DNA of 64,000 nucleotides, from assembly GCA_965204615.1 (NCBI GenBank), contig OZ242000.1:1473803-1537802 (forward strand), given 5' to 3'. Below the pieces are notes generated by a model. It saw only the letters and a program-made list of their open reading frames with translations. It searched no databases and had not been told where the DNA came from. This document shows positions 1-9,047 of this stretch, one piece after another. Both the position numbers and the translations under genes were made by a program. Positions within the stretch are counted from its first letter, which is position 1, and each line of letters begins with the position of its first letter. This DNA is from Acidimicrobiia bacterium (GTDB lineage: Bacteria; Actinomycetota; Acidimicrobiia; Spongiisociales; ZC4RG35).

Positions 1-1162
1 GGTCTCGAACAAGTGGCCGATCATTCTCGGGACCGTGTTGGCGGTCGTCCTGGGGGGAGTGGCGTTCTACCGCCGCGGGCAGCCACTCGCCACCAGAAGA
101 CTGCTGGCAACAGTGGCCGCGCTGGGAGTGGGCGCCGGAGCCTTGGCCGGGGTGTCCTACCTGGCAGGCTGGTCGCGTTGGAACTACTCGGGGTATGAGA
201 CCAAGGCTCACTGGGAGGAATATCGCGACATGAACACACTGGTGGCAGGGCTGGAACCGGGACGCGTGCTGTGGGAGAACAACCGCGACCTGGACAGGTA
301 CGGGACTCCCATGGCCCCCATGCTCATTCCCTACTGGTCGGAGTGGAGCCATCCCTCCATGGAGGGGCTGTTCTTCGAGTCCTCCCTCAGCATGCCGTTT
401 ATCTTCATCACCATCTCCGAAATGAGCAAACAGGGTTCCAATCCGGTGCCCGGGCTGGCCTACCACAATCTGTCAATGCGCCGGGGACTGGAACACCTCC
501 GCATGTTCGGCGTGCGCTACTACATCTCCTTCACCCCGGAGGCGACCGAGGAGGCCCGCAAGGTCCCCCAACTGGAGGAGTTGGGGGTGGCAGGACCCTT
601 CCATGTCTTCAAAGCGCCACCCACCCCGTTGGTGGAGGTGGCCGGTTTCCAACCGTCGAGATTCGAAGAGAGCCCCGACGGCGAGCCCGATTTCTTCAAC
701 TTCTCACTCGCCTGGTTCGAGAGACTCGACCTGGTGGACCTGTGGGTGGTGGCCGAAGGGCCGCCCGACTCGGAGTGGAGAGCCGTCTCCAGCCCTTCCG
801 AGCTCCGTCCCTCGGTCCTTCCCAACCGGGAGGGCGCGGTAAGCGATGTCGTTGTGGAAGACCACCGCATCTCGTTTGCAACCGACGCGGTGGGAGTCCC
901 CCATCTGGTGAAGGTCTCCTACTTTCCCAACTGGAAGGCCACCGGCGCCGACGGCCCCTACCTGGTCGCCCCCTCCCTGATGCTGGTGATACCCACCGAA
1001 TCGCAGGTGGTGATCGAATTCCGGAACACCTGGGCGGAGTGGCTGGGCTGGGCGCTGACGCTGGGAGGACTGGCCGGCCTGGCGGTTCCCGGCTGGAGAA
1101 GTCGGCTGACCGAATGGGGGAAGGTCCGCCCCCGCCGGATCGGGAGAGGAGCTGGGCAGTAG
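1..1162 (+). CDS. Membrane protein of unknown function, 5'-partial: the frame is open to the window start and a C-terminal TM helix is present
   Basis: Frame 2 has no stop from position 2 to the TAG at 1160-1162. The product has protein-like composition (WSEWSHPSMEGLFF..., a hydrophobic C-terminal helix WLGWALTLGGLAGLAV). No family was recognised by eye. Confidence 0.5.
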   Translation, partial: VSNKWPIILGTVLAVVLGGVAFYRRGQPLATRRLLATVAALGVGAGALAGVSYLAGWSRWNYSGYETKAHWEEYRDMNTLVAGLEPGRVLWENNRDLDRYGTPMAPMLIPYWSEWSHPSMEGLFFESSLSMPFIFITISEMSKQGSNPVPGLAYHNLSMRRGLEHLRMFGVRYYISFTPEATEEARKVPQLEELGVAGPFHVFKAPPTPLVEVAGFQPSRFEESPDGEPDFFNFSLAWFERLDLVDLWVVAEGPPDSEWRAVSSPSELRPSVLPNREGAVSDVVVEDHRISFATDAVGVPHLVKVSYFPNWKATGADGPYLVAPSLMLVIPTESQVVIEFRNTWAEWLGWALTLGGLAGLAVPGWRSRLTEWGKVRPRRIGRGAGQ

Positions 1163-2487
1163 AAGACCTGTTCAAGGCCTACGACATCCGGGGCGACACG
1201 GCCACCGGCGCATTCACCCCCGACCATGCCCGTCGGATCGGGGCGGCCTTCGGCAGTTTCGCGGGCGGTGGGACGGTGGCGGTGGGTCGTGATTGTCGAG
1301 AGAGTTCCCCCCTCCTCGCTTCCGCGTTGATAGAGGGCATCGCCTCGGCGGGGGCGGATGTTCTGGACCTGGGTGCGGTGGCCACGGAGGTCGTGTACTA
1401 CGTCTCCGGCGCCGCCAATGTAGCGGGTGCGGTGGTGACGGCCTCCCACAATCCTCCGCAATGGAACGGGATCAAACTGTGCCTGCCGGGCGCCGCCCCG
1501 GTGGGCGCCGGATCGGGATTGGAGGAAGTCCGCCGGTTGGCGACCCGACCACCGCCACCGGCCGCCCGTCGGGGAAGGGTATCGGCGCGGGATGCGACGG
1601 AAGAGTATGTGGACCACATCTTCTCCATCGTGGATCCCGACTCGATAGCCCCCCTGAAGGTGGTGGTGGACGGCGGGAACGGCATGGCGGCCACGGTGGT
1701 GGGACCGGTCTTCTCACGTCTGCCAATCTCTGTCACCGGCCTCTACCTGACGCCGGACGGCCGCTTCCCCAACCATCCCCCCGATCCGATAGATCCGGCC
1801 AACCTGACCGATCTGGTCGGCGAGGTGGTGTCTGTCGGCGCCGACCTGGGAGTTGCCTTCGACGGCGACGCCGACCGGGCGTTCTTCGTGGACAACCGGG
1901 GAGAACCCCTCTCGGGCAGCGCGGTCACCACCCTGATAGCCCGGTGGGCCCTGGCTTCCGCTCCGGGAAGCAAGGTGGTCCACAACCTGATTTGTTCGCG
2001 ATCGGTCCCCGACGCCATCGCCGCCGCAGGCGGCATACCGATCCGCTCACGGGTCGGGCATTCCTTCATGAAGCGGATGATGGCCGAGACCGGGGCGGTC
2101 TTCGGAGGAGAGCACTCCGGCCATTACTACTTCGCAGCCCACTACCGGGCCGACTCCGGCATGCTGGCGACACTGGCCCTCATCCAGATCCTGTCACAAA
2201 GCGCCCGGACGCTGTCCGAACTCCATGCGGAAGTGACGCCATACCATGCCTCCGGCGAGATCAACCTGGCGGTGGGCGATCGGGAACGCTCCCTGCAGAA
2301 GGTGGCCGAGGCATTCTCGTCGGAACGCCAGGACCGCCTGGACGGGTTGACCGTCTCATGGCCCGACCGATGGTTCAATCTGCGCCCCTCCAACACCGAA
2401 CCCTTCCTGCGCCTCAACGTGGAAGGCCCCGACCCCGCATCGGTGAACGCTCTCGCCGCCCGGGTGAAGAGCCTGGTGGGAGCCTGA
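1114..2487 (+). CDS. manB: Phosphomannomutase/phosphoglucomutase (alpha-D-phosphohexomutase family)
   Basis: The N-terminus LFKAYDIRGD, the active-site Ser loop TASHNPPQWNGIK, the metal-binding loop FDGDADR and GEHSGHYY are hallmarks of the PMM/PGM family. ATG at 1114 overlaps the upstream gene end. The longer ORF-track frame starting at 271 is an artefactual extension. Confidence 0.85.
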   Translation: MGEGPPPPDRERSWAVEDLFKAYDIRGDTATGAFTPDHARRIGAAFGSFAGGGTVAVGRDCRESSPLLASALIEGIASAGADVLDLGAVATEVVYYVSGAANVAGAVVTASHNPPQWNGIKLCLPGAAPVGAGSGLEEVRRLATRPPPPAARRGRVSARDATEEYVDHIFSIVDPDSIAPLKVVVDGGNGMAATVVGPVFSRLPISVTGLYLTPDGRFPNHPPDPIDPANLTDLVGEVVSVGADLGVAFDGDADRAFFVDNRGEPLSGSAVTTLIARWALASAPGSKVVHNLICSRSVPDAIAAAGGIPIRSRVGHSFMKRMMAETGAVFGGEHSGHYYFAAHYRADSGMLATLALIQILSQSARTLSELHAEVTPYHASGEINLAVGDRERSLQKVAEAFSSERQDRLDGLTVSWPDRWFNLRPSNTEPFLRLNVEGPDPASVNALAARVKSLVGA

Positions 2488-2488
2488 G

Positions 2489-2653
2489 ATGGCTCTTGTC
2501 GACCCCGAACTTCTCTCCATCCTTGCCTGCCCCCGCTGTCGGGGAGATGTACGCCCGGTCGACACCGAACAGTCCCTTCGGTGTCCCGAGTGCGGGGCGT
2601 CCTACTTGATAAACGAGGCCGGGGTTCCCATAATGACGTCAGAAGATGACTGA
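2489..2653 (+). CDS. Trm112-family small protein (54 aa) that is not in the ORF track
   Basis: Hand translation gives MALVDPELLSILACPRCRGDVRPVDTEQSLRCPECGASYLINEAGVPIMTSEDD*. The LL.IL.CP.C...L ... L.C..C zinc-ribbon pattern is typical of Trm112/YcaR-like proteins. ATG at 2489 lies 2 nt after the manB stop, and the TGA at 2651-2653 overlaps the next gene's ATG at 2646. Confidence 0.6.
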   Translation: MALVDPELLSILACPRCRGDVRPVDTEQSLRCPECGASYLINEAGVPIMTSEDD

Positions 2654-3701
2654 AGACCTTTCCGGGCCCGCCGACATGAGAACCCAGATGGCCGCTCTGG
2701 GCGCCCAGTTGCGTTGGGGAGCGGATCTTCGTCCGCCGCCGGCGGGGCAGAACGAGGGGGAGGTACTGGTGTGTGGGATGGGAGGATCGGGGGTTACCGG
2801 AGACTTCCTGGCCGCGGTGGCGGCCACCGAGGGAAGGCGGACCTCGGTGCACAAGGACTATGGCCTACCCGGCTGGGCGGCCCGGGAGAAGCCCTCCGTG
2901 CTGGTGGTCTCCTACTCGGGAAACACCGCAGAGGCCCTCTCCTCCTGGAAGATGGCCCGGGACCTGGGACTCTCGGTGACAGTTGTCACATCAGGGGGAG
3001 AATTGAGGGAGAAGGCGGTCAAGGCAGGCCACCGGGTGGTGATCGTCCCCGGGGGGTACCAACCGCGGTCGGCCCTGGGATACGGGCTCTCCGCGGTGCT
3101 GAGAGTTGCCGCCGGGGCGGGCGCCATCTCCGATCCCCGCCCTTCCCTGGAAGAGGCGGCCTCGATCGCCGACGTCCTGGCCGGGATGGAGGGAGAGGGG
3201 ATGGCGCTCGCCGCGGATCTGGCTGCTGCGGTGGCCGGAAGGATGGTGGGGATCTATGGCTCGTCTCCCCTCACCAGTGTCGCAGCTCTCCGATGGAAGA
3301 CCCAGGTCAACGAGAATGCCAAGCACACCGCTTTCTGGGCAACGGTGCCCGAGTCCACCCACAACGAGATCACGGGATGGGACTTCCCCGCCGGGCTGGC
3401 CCGCAGTCGGGTGGGACTCCTGGCGCTCCGGGACGCCGAGGAGCATCCCGGTGTCTCCAGTCGCTTCGGACACCTGGAGTCGCTCACCTCTGATCGGGTC
3501 TCCTGGGTGGGAGAGGTTTGGACCCAGGGTTCCTCGCCCCTGGCCCGGCTGATTAGCCTGGTGGCTGTGGGTGATCTGTTCTCCTTGGAGTTGGCCCGTC
3601 TCGCCGGAGCGGACCCGGTGCGAGTGGAGTTGATCGACCGTCTCAAGATGAGAATGACCCCTCCTCCCGACGCGAGAGCCGACAGTCCCCGTGACCTCTG
3701 A
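2646..3701 (+). CDS. Bifunctional phosphoglucose/phosphomannose isomerase (SIS-domain PGI/PMI family)
   Basis: The SIS-domain glycine-rich loop VCGMGGSGVTGDF, the VVSYSGNTAEAL motif, and a second half-domain with conserved T/S and H residues are seen. Its position between manB and ahcY is consistent with mannose metabolism. Confidence 0.75.
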   Translation: MTEDLSGPADMRTQMAALGAQLRWGADLRPPPAGQNEGEVLVCGMGGSGVTGDFLAAVAATEGRRTSVHKDYGLPGWAAREKPSVLVVSYSGNTAEALSSWKMARDLGLSVTVVTSGGELREKAVKAGHRVVIVPGGYQPRSALGYGLSAVLRVAAGAGAISDPRPSLEEAASIADVLAGMEGEGMALAADLAAAVAGRMVGIYGSSPLTSVAALRWKTQVNENAKHTAFWATVPESTHNEITGWDFPAGLARSRVGLLALRDAEEHPGVSSRFGHLESLTSDRVSWVGEVWTQGSSPLARLISLVAVGDLFSLELARLAGADPVRVELIDRLKMRMTPPPDARADSPRDL

Positions 3702-4938
3702 CATAGCCGATCCGCGCCTGGCGTCCCGGGGCCGGATGCGTGTGGAGTGGGCTTCCGGCCGGATGCCGGTTCTCTCATCCATCAGGAGAGAGTTCTCTTC
3801 CGAGCGGCCGTTGGCCGGCCTGCGGGTGGGCGCCAGTCTGCACGTGACGTCGGAGACCGCCAACCTGATGCTCACCCTGGCGGATGCGGGGGCGGAGTTG
3901 TCCCTGTGCGCCTCCAATCCTCTCTCCACGCAGGATGACGTGGCGGCGGCCCTGGTAGCCGAAGGAGTCGAGGTGATGGCCGTCCGCGGGGAGGACTCGG
4001 AGCGTTATCATCGTCACATCCGGGAGGTGCTGGGTCGTCGTCCCGATCTACTGGTGGACGATGGAGGCGACCTCATTACCACCCTGCACCGCTCCCATCC
4101 CGATCTCTCCCCCCTGGGCGCCACCGAGGAGACCACCACCGGCGTGACCCGGCTTCGGTCCATGGCCCGGGAGGGAGCGCTGAGACTGCCCGTAGTGGCG
4201 GTCAACGATTCGGCCACCAAGCATCTCTTCGACAACTACTACGGGACCGGCCAGTCCACCCTGGATGGCATCATTCGCTCCACGAACCTGCTGGTGGCAG
4301 GCACCACGGTGGTGGTGGTGGGCTACGGACACTGCGGGCAGGGCGTCGCGATCCGGGCCGATGGGTTGGGCGCCCGGGTGATCGTGGTGGAAGTGGACCC
4401 GGTGAGGGCTCTCCAAGCGCTCATGGACGGCTTCGGGCTGCTCACCGCCCGGGAAGCGGCGGCCCGGGGCGACATTTTCATCACCGTCACCGGGAATCGC
4501 CACGTCCTCTCCGAAGAACACCTGGCCCTGATGAAGAACGGGGCGATCCTGGCCAACGCCGGCCACTTCGACGTGGAGATCGATGTGGAGGCCCTGGCCG
4601 ACCGGTCGGTGGGGAGACGAACCGTGCGTCCCAATCTGGAGGAATTCGAGATGGGGGACGGTCGCCGTCTGTACCTGGTCTCCGAAGGCCGGTTGGCCAA
4701 CCTGGGGGCGGCCGAGGGGCACCCCGCCGACGTGATGGACCTGTCGTTCTCCAACCAGGCCCTGGCGCTGCGGTGGCTGGTAGAAGAACACGACTCCCTG
4801 GAGCCGAAGGTCTACGTCCTTCCCGCCGAGATCGACCAGGCAGTGGCCCGCATCAAGGTGGGTGCCCTGGGAGGGAGTCTGGAACAACTGACCCCATCCC
4901 AACGGGAGTACATGTCCGGATGGCGGTTCGGCACCTGA
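3691..4938 (+). CDS. ahcY: Adenosylhomocysteinase (short, about 415-aa form)
   Basis: A Rossmann NAD loop VVVVGYGHCGQG is present, with family motifs SETANLM, NDSATKHLFDNYYGTGQS and HFDVEID. The GTG start at 3691 overlaps the PGI/PMI stop at 3699-3701. Confidence 0.9.
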   Translation: MTSDIADPRLASRGRMRVEWASGRMPVLSSIRREFSSERPLAGLRVGASLHVTSETANLMLTLADAGAELSLCASNPLSTQDDVAAALVAEGVEVMAVRGEDSERYHRHIREVLGRRPDLLVDDGGDLITTLHRSHPDLSPLGATEETTTGVTRLRSMAREGALRLPVVAVNDSATKHLFDNYYGTGQSTLDGIIRSTNLLVAGTTVVVVGYGHCGQGVAIRADGLGARVIVVEVDPVRALQALMDGFGLLTAREAAARGDIFITVTGNRHVLSEEHLALMKNGAILANAGHFDVEIDVEALADRSVGRRTVRPNLEEFEMGDGRRLYLVSEGRLANLGAAEGHPADVMDLSFSNQALALRWLVEEHDSLEPKVYVLPAEIDQAVARIKVGALGGSLEQLTPSQREYMSGWRFGT

Positions 4939-4953
4939 CCGAACCCCGGTTGG

Positions 4954-5862
4954 CTACGAGCGCGCCTCGGAGACCTTGCTCTGGACCATGAGCACCCCCG
5001 CCAGCGAGACCGCGATCCCCATGATCTGCAGCGCGGTGAGGGTCTGTCCCAGCAGGAACCAGGCCGACACCGCACCGAACACCGGCTGAGTGAGGATGAT
5101 CATCCCCACCGGCCCCGGACCCGCATAGCGGACCGCCGCCACCTCCAGCAGGGCCGGGAGGGCCGTTCCCAACACCCCAAGGGCCAGCAGCCACCACCAT
5201 TTGGAGGCAGGCAGGTCCATGGGACCCCAGCGAGCCAGCGGCATCAGGAGGAGAGCGGCCATACCCATCGGGTAGGCGGCGATGGTCAGGGGGTGGAGAT
5301 CTCCTCCGAGGTGGTCAATCACAAGAAGGTAAATGGCCAGAAAGAGCGCTGCTCCCACACCCGCGCCGATCCCGATCGGGTCCACCCGTTCCCATATCCA
5401 TGCATCCACGACCAGGGAGATGCCCAGCACCGTAACCAGTCCCGCCAGCCAGGCGACCGCCGGCACCCGCACCCCCTTGACCATCTGCGTCCAGACCATC
5501 ACCGCCAGCACCCCCACGAATTGCAGCGTTATGGCGGGGCCTGCGCCCAGCCTGTCCAAAGCGGTGAAGAACAGGGGAGGCATCACCGACATGCCACAAC
5601 CCAAGCCGGCCAGAATCCAGAACCGGCCGCGAGGATCAAGGACCCTCTTTCGGGCTGCCGCTCCGAACAGGACCAATCCGGCGATGAGCAGATGACGCTG
5701 GGACAACTCGATGGATGTGTGAAAGTCGAGAAGATCGATGACCACCACCGCGAAGAATCCGAACAGCGTCACCACCATCACCGCCAGAAGGGTCCCCCTC
5801 CGGGCCTCCGGTCTCACATAGCTCGCTCCCGGTTCGCTCCGGGCAACTCGGTCTCCGCTCAC
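4954..5862 (-). CDS. DMT-superfamily transporter (EamA-like, 10 TM)
   Basis: The hydrophobic product has two EamA-like halves with Gly/Ala-rich TM helices. It resembles the RhaT/EamA permease pattern. Confidence 0.7.
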   Translation of the reverse strand: MSGDRVARSEPGASYVRPEARRGTLLAVMVVTLFGFFAVVVIDLLDFHTSIELSQRHLLIAGLVLFGAAARKRVLDPRGRFWILAGLGCGMSVMPPLFFTALDRLGAGPAITLQFVGVLAVMVWTQMVKGVRVPAVAWLAGLVTVLGISLVVDAWIWERVDPIGIGAGVGAALFLAIYLLVIDHLGGDLHPLTIAAYPMGMAALLLMPLARWGPMDLPASKWWWLLALGVLGTALPALLEVAAVRYAGPGPVGMIILTQPVFGAVSAWFLLGQTLTALQIMGIAVSLAGVLMVQSKVSEARS

Positions 5863-5998
5863 ATAGAGGAAGTTACCTCGATGATGGGCCGGTTTTCGAA
5901 TAGCACCCTCCCATGTCCAAACTGTTGGTTACCAGGTAACTTATTGCATCTATTATTTATAGACCAATGTTCTCCATAAGTTCAAAAATATTTGCAAA
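5863..5998. promoter_or_regulatory. AT-rich leader/promoter region upstream of fic, containing the perfect inverted repeat GTTACC-A-GGTAAC (5928-5940)
   Basis: There is a sharp GC drop (..ttattgcatctattatttatagaccaatgttctccataagttcaaaaatatttgcaaaatg) in an otherwise GC-rich locus. A 6-bp-arm palindrome sits about 60 nt before the fic start. Confidence 0.45.
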
Positions 5999-7162
5999 AT
6001 GATCTACCAACCACCAAACCTGACCAGAAACGACGAGCAGGTGCTGGAAGCTATCTCCGAGCTTCGCGAGACACTCCGGTTCCGCCTTTACGAACCACGT
6101 CGCTGGTATGGGACGTTGCGCCGCGCAGCCTTTGCCCGGGCGGTCCAGGGATCCAATTCCATCGAGGGTTACCACGCCAGCGACGAGGACGTGGCGGCTG
6201 TGATCGAAGAGGAGGAACCGATGGAGACCCGCGAGGAGACCCGACAGGCCATCGCGGGCTACCGGGATGCGATGACCTATGTGATGCAGTTGGCGAAAGC
6301 CGATCACAGAATCGACCGCTCCACACTTCTGGGACTGCATTTCATGCTCATGAAATACAGACTCCAACAGAATCCCGGGCAATGGCGTCCCGGCCCAGTC
6401 TGGGTAGAGGACAGGGAAGGAAAGGTGGTCTACACCGCTCCGGACCGCGACCAGGTCGAAGAACTGGTGGACAAGACCCTTGAGGACGTCCATCTGAGCA
6501 CCCACCCGGTGATGGTCACCGCCGCAATGGCGCACCTCAATCTCGCAATGATCCACCCGTGGAGCGACGGAAACGGAAGAATGGCCCGCTGCGTGCAAAC
6601 GTTGGTGCTTGCCTCCGAGGGAATCCTGGATCCGGTCTTCTGCAGCATAGAGGAGTACCTGGGTCGCAACACCCCGAACTACTACTCCGCATTGGGCGCG
6701 ATGCACCACGGGGAGTGGGCCCCCGAGCGGGACACCCGCTCCTGGATCGAGTTCTGCCTCACCGCCCATTACCGACAGGGCCGCACTCTGCAACGCCGGA
6801 TCGACCAGTACGAGGCGCTGTGGGGCAGGTGCGAGGATCTGGCCGACCGCCACCGGTTACCGGATCGAGTAGTTGGAGCGCTCTCCGACGCGGCGCGCGG
6901 GCGTACTCTGTGGCGTTCACTGTACGTCAAGATCACCCGTTCCTCCACGGGCGAGGACTTGAGTGACATGACGGGTACCCGCGACCTGCTGGCCATGCAC
7001 CGAGCCGGGCTCCTGGATGCTATCGGAGAAAAACGAGGCCGTCGTTACCGTGGAACCCCTGAGTTGCGGGGCATCTGGAAAGAAATCCGGACCCAACGCC
7101 CATCACTTAGAGTGGAGGATCCCTATGAGTCCTTGACCAGAAGTCGACTGCCAGGGTTTTGA
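5999..7162 (+). CDS. Fic family protein (probable AMPylation/adenylyltransferase-type Fido domain)
   Basis: The canonical Fic motif HPWSDGNGRMAR fits H.F.(D/E)GNGR..R with F replaced by W. It is preceded by an AT-rich leader and has a C-terminal winged-helix-like tail. Confidence 0.8.
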   Translation: MIYQPPNLTRNDEQVLEAISELRETLRFRLYEPRRWYGTLRRAAFARAVQGSNSIEGYHASDEDVAAVIEEEEPMETREETRQAIAGYRDAMTYVMQLAKADHRIDRSTLLGLHFMLMKYRLQQNPGQWRPGPVWVEDREGKVVYTAPDRDQVEELVDKTLEDVHLSTHPVMVTAAMAHLNLAMIHPWSDGNGRMARCVQTLVLASEGILDPVFCSIEEYLGRNTPNYYSALGAMHHGEWAPERDTRSWIEFCLTAHYRQGRTLQRRIDQYEALWGRCEDLADRHRLPDRVVGALSDAARGRTLWRSLYVKITRSSTGEDLSDMTGTRDLLAMHRAGLLDAIGEKRGRRYRGTPELRGIWKEIRTQRPSLRVEDPYESLTRSRLPGF

Positions 7163-7174
7163 CCTCCCTGTCGG

Positions 7175-7909
7175 CTACACCAACTCCGGGTAGAAGAGAA
7201 GCACCACCAGGCTCAGGAGATTGAAGCCGGCATGGGTGAATATGGCCGGGCCCAGGCGTCCCCGGCTGATCCGGAGGTGAGCCAGCACCACCCCGAACAG
7301 AAAGAGTTGAGGAACCAACACCGCCGCCGACTCCCACGGCTGGACAGGTGAGAGCCCCGTCATGTGGAAGGCGGCGAAGGCGGCCGCCGAAAGGGAAATG
7401 ACTCCCCGCTTCTGAAACCTGGCCGCCAGGGCGTCGATCAGAATCCCGCGGAACAGGAGTTCCTCCAGGGTGGGACCGATCAGTCCGATCAGGAGAAAGA
7501 GCGCCATCCGGCTGTAGAGGCCCCCGATGGCGGCCACTTCCTCCGTGAGCGCCTGGGGCTCCGTCTCCAGCCCTACCAGGAGGGCCACCGGCAGGAAGAC
7601 GACGGCCAGGACCACCTGCATTCCCACTCCCAGAGCCAGCATCATCGGATCCCGGCCCTCCACGTCGAACCTGAGCCGCTCGAAGTCCCTCTGGCGAACC
7701 CTTCCCACCAGGGCTATGGCGCCCGCCGTGAACAGGAACTGGCCGGCCAGGGCGACCAGCACATCATTTCCCGGCCCGATCCCCAGCCCCACTATCGAGC
7801 CGACAAACCCGGCGAAGGCGACCAAAACCAGATCGGGGATGGTCCACCGGCCCTGAGCCACTCGGTCCTGCACTGGACCCAAGGCTAGGCACTCGGCGAT
7901 CCCCCGCAA
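7175..7909 (-). CDS. CPBP-family intramembrane metalloprotease (CAAX protease self-immunity, Abi-like)
   Basis: Motif 1 EELLFRG and motif 2 FAAFH lie in a multi-TM protein, and these are diagnostic of the CPBP/Abi family. Confidence 0.7.
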   Translation of the reverse strand: MRGIAECLALGPVQDRVAQGRWTIPDLVLVAFAGFVGSIVGLGIGPGNDVLVALAGQFLFTAGAIALVGRVRQRDFERLRFDVEGRDPMMLALGVGMQVVLAVVFLPVALLVGLETEPQALTEEVAAIGGLYSRMALFLLIGLIGPTLEELLFRGILIDALAARFQKRGVISLSAAAFAAFHMTGLSPVQPWESAAVLVPQLFLFGVVLAHLRISRGRLGPAIFTHAGFNLLSLVVLLFYPELV

Positions 7910-7931
7910 CCACCCTCCGGCGCCGGGTGTG

Positions 7932-8456
7932 TCAGTCGACTCTCAGCGCACGCCGGTTGGTCCAGTCCAACCGTATCAATTCACAGGAGTCGGGGAAGCG
8001 ATCGTCCCCGCACAGGCTGCGCAGCATGCGGATCACCCCGCCGTGGGAGAAGACCAGGTGGGCGCCCTCCCCCAGGCTGTCCAGGAATACCATCACTCTC
8101 TCCCTCATCTGGGAGTGGGACTCTCCCCCGGGAGCGGCAAAGCCGTCGAAGGCGATCAACTGATCGCGAACCTCCTGGGAGATGCCCTCCCAACTCAAGC
8201 CCTGGATCTCCCCGAAGTCGAGTTCCCGGAGCGCTTCGGACTGGATGGGTTCCCCGTAGGCCAGGCGGGCTGTCTCCACTGCCCGGGAAAGGTCGGAACT
8301 CCACACGCCCGTGAAACTCCGCCCCCTCAGACTCCCGGCCAGTTCTCTCGCCTGGCGCTCTCCTCTTTGGTTGAGGGGAGTGTCCACCCAACCCTGCAAC
8401 AGGTGTCTGCGATTCCAGTCGGTCTGCCCGTGACGAACCAACCAGAGCTCGATCAT
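7932..8456 (-). CDS. Histidine phosphatase (phosphoglycerate-mutase-like) family protein; alpha-ribazole phosphatase CobC-like by context
   Basis: The N-terminal catalytic RHG motif (LVRHGQTDWN) and an HGG motif near the C-terminus are present. Its start overlaps the cobO stop (TGATG), inside a B12 uptake/salvage operon. Confidence 0.65.
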   Translation of the reverse strand: MIELWLVRHGQTDWNRRHLLQGWVDTPLNQRGERQARELAGSLRGRSFTGVWSSDLSRAVETARLAYGEPIQSEALRELDFGEIQGLSWEGISQEVRDQLIAFDGFAAPGGESHSQMRERVMVFLDSLGEGAHLVFSHGGVIRMLRSLCGDDRFPDSCELIRLDWTNRRALRVD

Positions 8457-9028
8457 CAGAAATCTATCCCCCGGCGGGCCATGACTCCCTGATCGAAGGC
8501 ATGCTTCACCTTCGCCATCTCAGTGACGGTGTCGGCCTCGGCGATCAGAGCCGAAGGGGCGTCCCTTCCGGTGAGAATCAGGCTGACATGCCGGGGTCGG
8601 GCCCGGATCATCTCCACCACCTCGGCCAGGTCGATCCAACCCCAATTGATGGGATAGGTGATCTCATCCAGCAGCACCATGCGATGTCTTCCCTCCGAGA
8701 CCAGACGACGGGTGAAAACCCAGGCTTCCCTGGCCACCGCCTCGGTCTCGGACATGTTCTCCGAATCCCAGGTGAAGCCGTCCCCCAGCGCCCACCAATC
8801 CACACCCAGCCGACGCCCGATCTTCTCCTCCCCCACCTTCCAGTCACCCGATTTCAGAAACTGCACCACGGCCACCTTCCATCCCCGGGAGATGGCTCGC
8901 AACATGGTCCCGAAGGCCGCGGTGCTCTTGCCCTTGCCGTGGCCGGTGTTGATCAGAACCAGGGATGGAACGCGGTTCGAGCCCCGAGCGGGGCCCTCGG
9001 TGGGCGGTGATTCCTGGGTAACCATCAT
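8456..9028 (-). CDS. cobO: Cob(I)yrinic acid a,c-diamide adenosyltransferase (CobO/BtuR type)
   Basis: VLINTGHGKGKSTAAFGTMLRAISRGWKVAVVQFLK is the P-loop signature of CobO. The start is uncertain; the ORF-track start at 9064 would overlap the upstream ATPase gene. Confidence 0.8.
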   Translation of the reverse strand: MMVTQESPPTEGPARGSNRVPSLVLINTGHGKGKSTAAFGTMLRAISRGWKVAVVQFLKSGDWKVGEEKIGRRLGVDWWALGDGFTWDSENMSETEAVAREAWVFTRRLVSEGRHRMVLLDEITYPINWGWIDLAEVVEMIRARPRHVSLILTGRDAPSALIAEADTVTEMAKVKHAFDQGVMARRGIDF

Positions 9029-9047
9029 GACCTCCTTGTAGCCAATC

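Noticed and set aside
271-2487. A 738-aa ORF-track ORF starting at 271
   Set aside because: Its first about 280 codons run in another frame through the upstream gene 35..1162 and encode a Pro/Gly/Arg-rich shadow. The PMM homology starts near 1114, so only 1114..2487 is kept.
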